Virus record (IMG/VR): IMGVR_UViG_3300028767_000022
Coordinates: 1 to 61,450 of that record
DNA: 61,450 nucleotides
Reading direction: 5' to 3' (one strand)
From: a virus
Taxonomy: Duplodnaviria > Caudoviricetes
The position numbers and the translations under genes were made by a program. This document shows, in pieces, positions 1 to 9,351 of this stretch; within the stretch, counting starts at the first letter, position 1, and the number at the start of each line of letters is the position of its first letter. The notes beneath the pieces were generated by a model, which saw only the letters and a list, made by a program, of their open reading frames with translations, searched no databases and was not told where the DNA came from.

Positions 1-645
1 CTTAACGAGGCTAGGTCTAATAATATATCGGAGTCTGAATCTCTAAACAGAAAACAAATTGAGCAGTGGATTATCCAATATAGAGCATTCTTAATTAAGC
101 AGGATATTGACAAAGGTAGAGGGCTTAATCAGGACTATATTCAAGAAATTAAGAATATAAAACTTATTCAGTCTAGTATAGTATCCCCTTCTGTATTTGC
201 TAATTCTAGCTATAAAGGACCAGATGCATATAAATTAGTTACGTCTATAACTATACCAAAGACATTAGATTTTAATTCTGTATTTGGATTGACTTCAGTT
301 ACTGATTTATTAGGAAATGATATCCAAATAACTACAGAGGCTAGAAGTAATAAACAAAAGAACAGGAGATACGTTCATAATGATTATGTTGCGTACCAAT
401 CCGAAGATAGAATAAAATTAGACGGTCCCGGGGAATTAGAATACATAAACGTAAAAGGAGTGTTTGTAAATCCGCTAGAAGCTATTCCAAATGCAACTGG
501 AGATGAGAATTATCCAATTCCGGAGAATATGATACCATTATTGAAAGAACTTATATTCGCAAAAGAATTTAAATTCTCAATACCGGTAGATAATTCTAAT
601 AACTCTAAAAATGATACAGAAAATGCGTCAGTCTCTAAAGGATAA
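1..645 (+). CDS. Tail ring/tubular (head-tail connector) protein, 5'-truncated by the window
   Basis: Frame 1 is open from base 1 (LNEARSNNISESESLNRKQIEQWIIQYRAFLIKQDIDKG...), so the 289 start in the track is internal; sequence style and position fit crAss-like ring proteins. Confidence 0.7.
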   Translation, partial: LNEARSNNISESESLNRKQIEQWIIQYRAFLIKQDIDKGRGLNQDYIQEIKNIKLIQSSIVSPSVFANSSYKGPDAYKLVTSITIPKTLDFNSVFGLTSVTDLLGNDIQITTEARSNKQKNRRYVHNDYVAYQSEDRIKLDGPGELEYINVKGVFVNPLEAIPNATGDENYPIPENMIPLLKELIFAKEFKFSIPVDNSNNSKNDTENASVSKG

Positions 646-1081
646 AAAATCATATACGATAATAGATTATTACGAGTCTTATTTAACTAATATTGCAAGT
701 TCTAAATTATATACTGTCAAGTACTCTGTATTTAGATCAATATTGGTAGACTACTTTAAGTTCTTATCAGAAGAGATTATTGACAATTCAAAAGAAGTAA
801 GAATACCCGGTAGAATGGGATTAGTTTATATAGAAAAGAGAAAGCCCATCAAGTATGAGCGATCTAGACTCCATGTAGACTTTAAGGCTACCAAAGAGAG
901 CGATAAGACTATACTTCATTTTAATGAACATAGTAATGGATATTCTTATAGATTCCATTGGGACAAGACAAACATGTTAGTTGGTTTTTACAAGGCATAT
1001 GAGATGGTGTTCACTAGAAGGAATAAGAGATATTTGGCTTCGCTAATAAAAGAAAATAAAAAAGATTATATAGAAAAATAA
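611..1081 (+). CDS. Conserved crAss-like IHF/HU-like basic protein
   Basis: IPGRMGLVYIEK...HFNEHSNGYSYRFHW; located between ring genes as in crAss-like tail modules; start may be ATG at 623. Confidence 0.55.
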   Translation: MIQKMRQSLKDKKSYTIIDYYESYLTNIASSKLYTVKYSVFRSILVDYFKFLSEEIIDNSKEVRIPGRMGLVYIEKRKPIKYERSRLHVDFKATKESDKTILHFNEHSNGYSYRFHWDKTNMLVGFYKAYEMVFTRRNKRYLASLIKENKKDYIEK

Positions 1082-1082
1082 C

Positions 1083-2015
1083 ATGGTATACAAGTTAATA
1101 TCAGCAAAACAGATAGTTGCAAAAGTCTATTCCGACTTAGATCTAGGAGAAGAAGCACAAAGAAATTCAGACTTTATTGAATGGGTTGGAGAAGCGCTGG
1201 AAAAGATAGGCTCAGTAAGACAACTTACTAGAAAAATATCTGGAGAAGACGGATCCGATCTATTGCAAATAAAGGGACATCAAGTGTCGTTGCCTAGCGA
1301 TCTATTTAGATTGAACAGCGTGTCATATTCAGCTACAATTAATGGACCATGGTTTCCAATGAAATTGGCTACTGGATCATTTGATTGTTGGTCTGATGAC
1401 GGCTCTATAGTCTATGATGATAATGGAAGAATAGTTCCAGACGCAGAATTGATAGAGATGACCAAAATCCTATACAATAAATACGTAGAAGATCCAATCT
1501 ATACGTGGTTCAATAAAATGGATTATCAGACAGCATTGGAGATCCTGAATACCAATCAGAACGTAAGAACCTTACTTACTAATCTAGTAAATAAGCATAA
1601 CCATGGTACTGAGGGATATTTAATGCAGTATTCTATTAAGCCTGGATTTATATCTACTTCTCCTAGAATGGGATATGTAAGATTAAGTTATGATGCAATT
1701 CCATTAGATACTGATGGATACCCAATGGTGCCAGATATGATTTCATATATAGAAGCTATCTATTGGTACATAGTAATGAAACTAAAATATCCAGAGTATT
1801 TGTCAGGGAAAATGCAAAGACAGATATATTACGATATAAGAAATTCCTGGAACTTCTATTGTAAACAGGCGTACGGAGAATCATTGATGCCAAATCAAGA
1901 TGAGATGGAGAATATAAAAGACGAATGGAATAAACTGATGCCAGAAATGAATTCGAACATTGATTTTTACTCGTCTGTAGGCAAAAGACAAAACATAAAA
2001 AACTTTAATAGATAA
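1083..2015 (+). CDS. Tail ring/tubular protein
   Basis: IEWVGEALEKIG, LSYDAIPLDTDGYPMVPD, WNFYCKQAYG motifs; directly upstream of the muzzle gene. Confidence 0.75.
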   Translation: MVYKLISAKQIVAKVYSDLDLGEEAQRNSDFIEWVGEALEKIGSVRQLTRKISGEDGSDLLQIKGHQVSLPSDLFRLNSVSYSATINGPWFPMKLATGSFDCWSDDGSIVYDDNGRIVPDAELIEMTKILYNKYVEDPIYTWFNKMDYQTALEILNTNQNVRTLLTNLVNKHNHGTEGYLMQYSIKPGFISTSPRMGYVRLSYDAIPLDTDGYPMVPDMISYIEAIYWYIVMKLKYPEYLSGKMQRQIYYDIRNSWNFYCKQAYGESLMPNQDEMENIKDEWNKLMPEMNSNIDFYSSVGKRQNIKNFNR

Positions 2016-5000
2016 TGGCTAGCACAATAGGAAAAGAGACTATTAATAGTTTTGCCGGCGGTATGGATATGGATTTAGATTTGAGCTTACTTAAGTCTAG
2101 TCAATATCGATACGCCGAGAACGTACATATATCTTCAGATGATATTGGATCTGTTGGAGCTCTATCTCCGGTAGAAGATATATATAATTTAAAATTTGAC
2201 GTAAAGACATATAATCCTACTACTAAACTATATAGTACAATAGTGGATAGTTCTCTAACCGGGGAAGAGGTAATTGCCTCCGCTACTATTAGAGACTTTG
2301 GTGTTTTATTTACTAATGTAATATCTAGTGGAAATACCAAGATATATAGGATAGAGTTTAAACCAGATGGAATAACTCCAATTCTATATAGTCTTATTGG
2401 TATAAATGGAATATCTATGAATATAGATTTAAATACTCCAATAAGTATAGTATCAAGATACGAAGATGACGATAATATTAAGGTATACTGGGCAGATGGA
2501 AAGATCTTTATTAGAAGCATAAATATAGCAAGTTCTAATGATGGAAAAAACTCTATAGTCACTAATTCTTCTATATTCGACATAATCCCTTCTGCATTTC
2601 TAGAGAAACCTACGATTGCATCACTCGGATCTGGTAAACTTAATTCTGGAATAATACAGTATTTCTATCAGTTATATGGTCCATCTGGGACTGAGACCAT
2701 GCTGAGTCCAGGTTCAGCTCCGATTAACCTTTCCGCAAGTGATATTGAAGATAAAAGTATTAAATACCTAGGGACTGGACTTGGCGATGTGTATGGAAAG
2801 CCTACTAGCAAGTCCGTAAGAGTTAAAATAGATCTTCCTTCTGAAAATTTATTTACTAGAATAAAATTAATATCAGTATATTATTTTGACTATGGGAAAC
2901 AGCCTATAATATCTATAGTTAAAGAGTCTAAAATAGATAAAGATATAATTGGGAATTCCGTTTTTATGGAAGATGGCGGTGTGTCTGCGATTGGAGAGCT
3001 AACACAGAATGAATTTAATTTAATTGGAGGTAATTTATTTATACCTAATTATATAGAGTCTAAAGATAATATCCTATTTGCTGCAAATACAAAAGAAGAT
3101 ACTTGGGATATAGATACTTATGATACTAGAAGTTATCAGTTTAAAAGAAATGAGACTGGATCTATAATAAACGTTGTTAGATATACTCCAATAACTAATC
3201 TATACCCAATACAAGTAAATTGGGAAGATTACTTTATGTATGTATATGTAGATGCTGCAGCAAACCAAGACATGCTGATTACGGTTCGCCATGCAGCTAT
3301 TACTCATTCTATTACTACATCTACATTGTTTATACCTGCAGGAGACGTTAGAAGTGATTTCTTGAGAATGGAGTATAGAAATGAATATTTATCTGGAATG
3401 CCAATTGTAGACATAACATGTTCTATTTCCCATGATGGAGTATATGATGAGGTTTATGGTACTTGGAGTAATGTTACTGGTATATATCAGAAAACTACAG
3501 ATGGGGTTCTTAATCCAACAACTCTATCTCTTCCAATGTTATTTGAGGAAACCGTATATGATTACAACTACACTACAAAACTATATAGATCTAATTTAGA
3601 CTCAATTGAATATGATGCGGACTCTTTATCTGCAGTTTTGCCTAGCCATGATGCCATTCACGATGAGATATATAAAAAAGATAGATACTCTGAATTAGAA
3701 TATATATACAATAAGGATGGAAAACTTGGCGGAACTGGATTAAATGTAGATTATTTATTTACAAATACTTATTTTATAGAATCATATGGAGATTTTTGGG
3801 GTTCAAATCCAGGAACGTCTATACCGACTCCAGGTGCAAATAAGTATATAGATGAACGAACTGCTAGAATCGGGGATATTAAAAGAGATTTAAGTTCTAT
3901 CAGGCTATTTAAATCGGATGGAAGTCATCCAGATAGCAATTTGTCTAATTTTGGAATATCAAATCATCAAGGTCCATTAAATTATGCAAATCCATATCTG
4001 GCAAATGTACTTAAATCTTATCAAAGAGATGAGATATATAGATTTGCTGCAGTATTCTATGATGAAAAAGGTAGAAAATCCCCTGCTCATTGGATTGCCG
4101 ACGTAAGATTTCCTGCTGGCTATTATAAGGATAGCTCATGGGAGTCAAGTATATTTGAAATGCCATCCGAATATAGAAGTAATGGATATGATTCGAATAA
4201 TCTACTAAATAAGCAAGAGCTTTTAGTAAAGCCTCTTGGAATATCATTTACTTTTAGGAATCTGAACGTAATTCCTAATGTAAAAAGAATTGAAATAGTC
4301 AGAGCCAAAAGAGATATAAACAATAAAACTATATACGCTCAGGGAGTTACTAAAAAAATCGGAATATATAACGAAAAACATATAGATAGTAATAGTGGGA
4401 AACCTATACTAGATCTTGGGATAGATGGTACATTAAGACCAATGCAATTGATATCTATGGGAAGATTTGGAGTTGCTCCGGTAATGTCATCGGAGGAATG
4501 GATCCCTAATGCGGCTGTTTCTTCTTCTAATATGATAACTGGATTTGAAAATTACGGTTCTACTGGTAACTTATATTATGAACAGCAACTATTTAATGAT
4601 ACGGCAAATTCTGATCCAAAAATAATTTCCTACAACAACTTTATGTTTATAAATCCAGAAACTTCTTATTATGGTGTAGACTTTTCAGAGCAGTTAATCA
4701 ATTTATCAAGTATTAAAATAGCAGATATAGTTGATATAATATATCCAATACAAACTCCACCCCTTTTGAGCGATTGGTCTGTATATTTTGGCAAAAATGA
4801 ACATGATCAATTATCGTTTATACAGGATTCAAAACAATACCCAACGGCTATATATCTAGCCGCAGACATTACTAGAAAAAATAGAGCCAGTAATCTATCC
4901 GAAAGAGTTACTAGTAAATTATTTTTAATGGGACTTGCTGGAATTGAACATTTACAGGTCTTGAGCGACGAAGACATTGATTCTTCTTATAATAATCCAA

Positions 5001-6697
5001 TCGTATCGCTAGGATCAAATGTAACTAGAATATATCCGGATGGAGCTGATGAATATTATTATTATAGAAATGGATTTGAAAGTAGTTCTATAAATGGCGA
5101 AGACGATGATGATCCATCTGTAAAAAATTCTACTATTTTAGAAAATAACTATTTAGGAATTTCATTTAAGTATTTCAATAAATACGCATACAAAGTAGGA
5201 ACTTTCTATAATCTGACCTATAAAGATATAGACGGAGCAGACATAAACGAAATAGGAGAGGACCTTCTAGATGACAATAAATATACATTTACTATTAATT
5301 CTATTGAATATTCTGGCCTATTAGACGGAAGTAAAAATATAAAAGACGTTTCTGCGTCAGAGTATATTAGTATTGGAAATTCCCAATATTTAAATTTTAC
5401 ACAGCCTGTTACCGATGGGGTTCAATCCACTAATAAAAATGGTAAGAGGTCGACCATATCAAAAGGGAAGTCATTTGGTCCTCACGGAGCAGGACTTATT
5501 CTTAATTTTAATATGGAGGAATCACTTCCATCTATTACCGGAATGCGCAATTGGAGAAGTATATATGACGTTGATACAGATTACGCTAGTAGTTACAGAA
5601 ATATAGAGAATAGAACTGCGATGGCACTATCTACATTTGTAGTTAATTTAAAAGAGCTAAATGCTTATATCTACGGTGGATCCTCTTTATTAGATAGGCA
5701 GTTTACTGAGTATATATCAACTGGATTTGAATTAGATTTAAATAATTCAACAGAAACTATTGATGTATTTGGAGGAGATACGTTTATTGGATTGTTCGAT
5801 TACACAATGACATATGCTACAGATCCAATGGTCGATACGTTGGGAAGTACCGATTTAGCTAAAATAAACTTAAATATAGTTTCCCAGGTTAAGAATATTA
5901 ATTCACTAATCCCATTAGAATCTTCTATAAATTTGCATTTGGTTAATTCCAAGTCATATGTAGCTAGTGATTATAATTTTGCTATTAGACCAGAACCTGG
6001 CGTATATTCTCCTGGCAATTCGGTAGGTAATACGTGGAAGTACTCACAAGAGTTGCCACAATATTCATATAATTCTGCTTATTCAAGTGAGCAGACTGGG
6101 ATTGGGTATGTATCTTCCTTATTAATTAATGAGCCAAATAAGAATTTTGATTGCAGAATATATTCATCGGAAGTAAAAACTAATGATGAAATATATGATA
6201 AGTGGGCCACATTTAAAATAGCCAATTATATAGACGTAGACACTCAGTATGGACAAATAACAGGACTTAAGAAATTTAATGATAAGCTGTTCTTCTGGCA
6301 AGAAAATGCATTTGGGACGGTATCAGTAAACGAGAGGTCTTTAATTACAGATAATAATATAAGTTCACTAACATTAGGTACTAGCGGTATATTGACTAGA
6401 TATGACTATATATCAACATCTAACGGATTTAAATATGGAGTAATTGGCGGTATAATAGACTCAGATACCGGACTATACTGGTTTGATCATAATAAAGCTC
6501 AAATAGCAACATACGCTCCTACTTCTACCGGATCTTTAACTACTAGAATGGTATTATCATCCGCGAAGGGAATACAATCAATATTAAATAAGAGCAAAAC
6601 GTCTTTGAATGCTCAGAATAGAATTCCTGCAGTATATGATGATAAGTACGGAGAGATACTTATGACGCTTAATGGTCTTATAAATACTAATGAATAA
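2015..6697 (+). CDS. Muzzle / tail stabilization protein, main part
   Basis: N-terminal NSFAGGMDMD, YQRDEIYRFAAVFY..WIADVRFP, FGGDTFIG, YIDVDTQYGQIT, VNERSLI motifs typical of crAss stabilization proteins. Confidence 0.85.
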   Translation: MASTIGKETINSFAGGMDMDLDLSLLKSSQYRYAENVHISSDDIGSVGALSPVEDIYNLKFDVKTYNPTTKLYSTIVDSSLTGEEVIASATIRDFGVLFTNVISSGNTKIYRIEFKPDGITPILYSLIGINGISMNIDLNTPISIVSRYEDDDNIKVYWADGKIFIRSINIASSNDGKNSIVTNSSIFDIIPSAFLEKPTIASLGSGKLNSGIIQYFYQLYGPSGTETMLSPGSAPINLSASDIEDKSIKYLGTGLGDVYGKPTSKSVRVKIDLPSENLFTRIKLISVYYFDYGKQPIISIVKESKIDKDIIGNSVFMEDGGVSAIGELTQNEFNLIGGNLFIPNYIESKDNILFAANTKEDTWDIDTYDTRSYQFKRNETGSIINVVRYTPITNLYPIQVNWEDYFMYVYVDAAANQDMLITVRHAAITHSITTSTLFIPAGDVRSDFLRMEYRNEYLSGMPIVDITCSISHDGVYDEVYGTWSNVTGIYQKTTDGVLNPTTLSLPMLFEETVYDYNYTTKLYRSNLDSIEYDADSLSAVLPSHDAIHDEIYKKDRYSELEYIYNKDGKLGGTGLNVDYLFTNTYFIESYGDFWGSNPGTSIPTPGANKYIDERTARIGDIKRDLSSIRLFKSDGSHPDSNLSNFGISNHQGPLNYANPYLANVLKSYQRDEIYRFAAVFYDEKGRKSPAHWIADVRFPAGYYKDSSWESSIFEMPSEYRSNGYDSNNLLNKQELLVKPLGISFTFRNLNVIPNVKRIEIVRAKRDINNKTIYAQGVTKKIGIYNEKHIDSNSGKPILDLGIDGTLRPMQLISMGRFGVAPVMSSEEWIPNAAVSSSNMITGFENYGSTGNLYYEQQLFNDTANSDPKIISYNNFMFINPETSYYGVDFSEQLINLSSIKIADIVDIIYPIQTPPLLSDWSVYFGKNEHDQLSFIQDSKQYPTAIYLAADITRKNRASNLSERVTSKLFLMGLAGIEHLQVLSDEDIDSSYNNPIVSLGSNVTRIYPDGADEYYYYRNGFESSSINGEDDDDPSVKNSTILENNYLGISFKYFNKYAYKVGTFYNLTYKDIDGADINEIGEDLLDDNKYTFTINSIEYSGLLDGSKNIKDVSASEYISIGNSQYLNFTQPVTDGVQSTNKNGKRSTISKGKSFGPHGAGLILNFNMEESLPSITGMRNWRSIYDVDTDYASSYRNIENRTAMALSTFVVNLKELNAYIYGGSSLLDRQFTEYISTGFELDLNNSTETIDVFGGDTFIGLFDYTMTYATDPMVDTLGSTDLAKINLNIVSQVKNINSLIPLESSINLHLVNSKSYVASDYNFAIRPEPGVYSPGNSVGNTWKYSQELPQYSYNSAYSSEQTGIGYVSSLLINEPNKNFDCRIYSSEVKTNDEIYDKWATFKIANYIDVDTQYGQITGLKKFNDKLFFWQENAFGTVSVNERSLITDNNISSLTLGTSGILTRYDYISTSNGFKYGVIGGIIDSDTGLYWFDHNKAQIATYAPTSTGSLTTRMVLSSAKGIQSILNKSKTSLNAQNRIPAVYDDKYGEILMTLNGLINTNE

Positions 6698-7226
6698 TAT
6701 GGAAACATTAAACTACTCAGAATCGGCTCAATCATTTTTATCATTCTTATCAACTACTCCAAGATTTTATCTGAAGTTTAAGGATAAGTATTACTCGGTA
6801 GATGCTGATAATAAAATTTACCTACATAATAGCAATAGCTACGTTGTCGAGAATAATTTAACTCCAAATAGCGTATATGAGAGATCCTTTATGAAGCTAA
6901 TAGTCAATGAAGGATACTCTCAAACAAAAGTGTTTGACAACGTTGAATATACAACTGGTCCAACCAATTCCGCTAAATTATCGTTTGCTAGTTATAGTAA
7001 CGATAAGCAGAATAGTTATACTATAACTGGAGACGAAATAATCCCAAGAGAGGGCACATATAAATTTGCAATACCAAGAGCGTCTGGAACTGGAAATATG
7101 TTTCAGGAGAGAATGAGAGGTAAGTATATTATATGTAACTACGAATTTAAAAGAAAGGATATAGCCAGTAATTATTACTTCTCTATACCATATATCAAAA
7201 CTATATATAGATATTCTAAAATATAA
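6690..7226 (+). CDS. Muzzle / tail stabilization protein, C-terminal part as a separate ORF
   Basis: TLNYSE..QSFLSF, TKVFDNVEY, REG.YKFAIPR, RMRGKY match the usual muzzle C-terminus; 8-nt overlap with the previous ORF. Confidence 0.75.
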   Translation: MNNMETLNYSESAQSFLSFLSTTPRFYLKFKDKYYSVDADNKIYLHNSNSYVVENNLTPNSVYERSFMKLIVNEGYSQTKVFDNVEYTTGPTNSAKLSFASYSNDKQNSYTITGDEIIPREGTYKFAIPRASGTGNMFQERMRGKYIICNYEFKRKDIASNYYFSIPYIKTIYRYSKI

Positions 7227-9340
7227 TGAATAATAAAAGAAATAAAAATAAACAGCTTCCTAAATTTGCAAATGGCACATGGAACTTTGCAAGTACTGCT
7301 AAAGATGGACTAACACAAGCCAACTTTGCTGGAGGAGCTAATTTAGCCGGAGGCGTGTTTGATATTGTAGATAATTTGTCTCCAGATCAATCTTCTGCCG
7401 GATCATACGTTGGAAAGATAGGCTCAAACGCCGCTAAATTTGCAGGCATGGGAGCAGCACTAGGTCCATGGGGAGCGGTTGCCGGTGGAGTAATTGGCGC
7501 TGGAGCTGGAGTTTACGAGGCAGTTACTGGAGATCAGGCTAATCAGAATAGAATTAGAACTGAAAAGATAAATACCAATGCTGCTAGAATTATGGATATG
7601 AGCAATGTCGTGCAATCTAAATATGATTTGCGTAATCCAAATAATTATCAAGTTCCAGGAATGGATAAAGGATCTGCTAATTTTAAAGGAGCAAATGCTC
7701 TTGTAGCAAAAGAAGAAGGGATTAAGGATCCAAATACAGGAAGAGTTATGACTGTTCCTGGTAAGTACAATCCAAACAATCCAGACACAGTTCCGGTAAA
7801 TTTACCAGACGGATCATCTATATATAGTGCTAATCCAAAATACAAAATACCTGGAGGAAAAAGTACTCCAGCGGATATAGTTGCAAAATTAGAAAAAATG
7901 CAAAACAATAATGATAAAATACTATCTGGCAAAAGACCTTCTGGTCTGTTAGATAAAAAAACAGCAGAGTTGAATAAAAAGAACATAGATAAGCAAACAG
8001 AATTACTTAATATGAATACTATGATTCAACAGTATATGAAAGGAGCAGCTCAAGGACAATCTTCATTGCCTAAATACGATGAAGGGGTCGCATTTACAGT
8101 CGGAGGAAAAACGTATTATAATACGAATCCTAAAAGTGGAATGTATAAAGCAAATCCATTGTATTATAAGGATAAAAATGGTCAAGAACTATATATTCCT
8201 AAGGCTGATGCTGATGAACTAAGAAATAGTATTCCTCAAGAGTATAACACTGGATTTAAAAATAATGTGCTTGGAAGAGTCACTGTTGATTCAAAGGGAA
8301 ATCCTACTGGGATGGTCGAAAGAACTGCTCCTAATGTAAATGGGATTACAGAGACTGCTACTAAATCAGTAGAGGCTCCTATGGTTCCCGGATATTCATC
8401 TAATGTAATGGGTAATGCTGCAACCAATATTGCTAATACCCCTGCAACCGGCACTACTGTTGGTCCTGCGTCAGTTAAATTAGTTACGCCAGAGAAGACG
8501 ATCTCAAATACAAAAGAGAATAGAATGTCTGAACTATATAAGGATCCGCTACTAGTTGGCAAAAGTACTGATGCAATTAAGAACAATGTAGTTAATGGCC
8601 CAATTTTAGCAAAATCATCTGCTGCTCCGGCTGGCGCTGACACGGAAGATGTTGTCGACAATGGAGGTTCTTTGATGGACAAATTATCGTCTATAGGAAA
8701 TGGATTAATGTCATTAGCTCCAATAGCATTTAATGCTGCTAATGCAACTCCGGAAGTAGTAAGACCTAGATTTAACTCAGTTATAAACCCAATAGAAAGA
8801 GCTGATATTTCAGTTCCATTGGCAGAGGCTAAGAAACAAAGAGTAATATCGAGATTTAATCAATCTGCAACTAATACTGGTACTGGAGCTTCAATGGCTT
8901 ATGGTGCTGACTTATACTCAAGAGGTGCTGAACAAACTGCAAATATTCTTGATTCCGCACAGAAAGCAAATGCTGGGTATAGAAATACATATGCAGACGT
9001 AGCAAATAGAAACTCAGAAATCAATACTAACGAACTTAAACGAGTAGACGATTTGAATTCTAGAAACAGAGCAGCTGCTAGAGGTTATTTGGCCAAGAAT
9101 GCTGAAATGATTAGTCAATATGGACAGGTTAATGAACTGATGAAGAATCAAAAGAACAGCGACTTACTTAATAGTAATGTATGGGCTCAATTTGCAAGTG
9201 CTGTAGACCCAGAAGTTAAAATGACATTAGCAAAACAGATGGCTAGAACTTTAGGAGTTCCAGTATCTGAAATATATAAAATGAAAACTAAAAAACCTGT
9301 ATCTAAGACAGATCAATATCTGAGCGAAGTAGCAGCATAA
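7226..9340 (+). CDS. Virion cargo / ejection protein with glycine-rich hydrophobic segment
   Basis: GMGAALGPWGAVAGGVIGAGAG segment; first gene after the muzzle, as for crAss cargo proteins. Confidence 0.65.
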   Translation: MNNKRNKNKQLPKFANGTWNFASTAKDGLTQANFAGGANLAGGVFDIVDNLSPDQSSAGSYVGKIGSNAAKFAGMGAALGPWGAVAGGVIGAGAGVYEAVTGDQANQNRIRTEKINTNAARIMDMSNVVQSKYDLRNPNNYQVPGMDKGSANFKGANALVAKEEGIKDPNTGRVMTVPGKYNPNNPDTVPVNLPDGSSIYSANPKYKIPGGKSTPADIVAKLEKMQNNNDKILSGKRPSGLLDKKTAELNKKNIDKQTELLNMNTMIQQYMKGAAQGQSSLPKYDEGVAFTVGGKTYYNTNPKSGMYKANPLYYKDKNGQELYIPKADADELRNSIPQEYNTGFKNNVLGRVTVDSKGNPTGMVERTAPNVNGITETATKSVEAPMVPGYSSNVMGNAATNIANTPATGTTVGPASVKLVTPEKTISNTKENRMSELYKDPLLVGKSTDAIKNNVVNGPILAKSSAAPAGADTEDVVDNGGSLMDKLSSIGNGLMSLAPIAFNAANATPEVVRPRFNSVINPIERADISVPLAEAKKQRVISRFNQSATNTGTGASMAYGADLYSRGAEQTANILDSAQKANAGYRNTYADVANRNSEINTNELKRVDDLNSRNRAAARGYLAKNAEMISQYGQVNELMKNQKNSDLLNSNVWAQFASAVDPEVKMTLAKQMARTLGVPVSEIYKMKTKKPVSKTDQYLSEVAA

Positions 9341-9351
9341 ACTAAAATATA

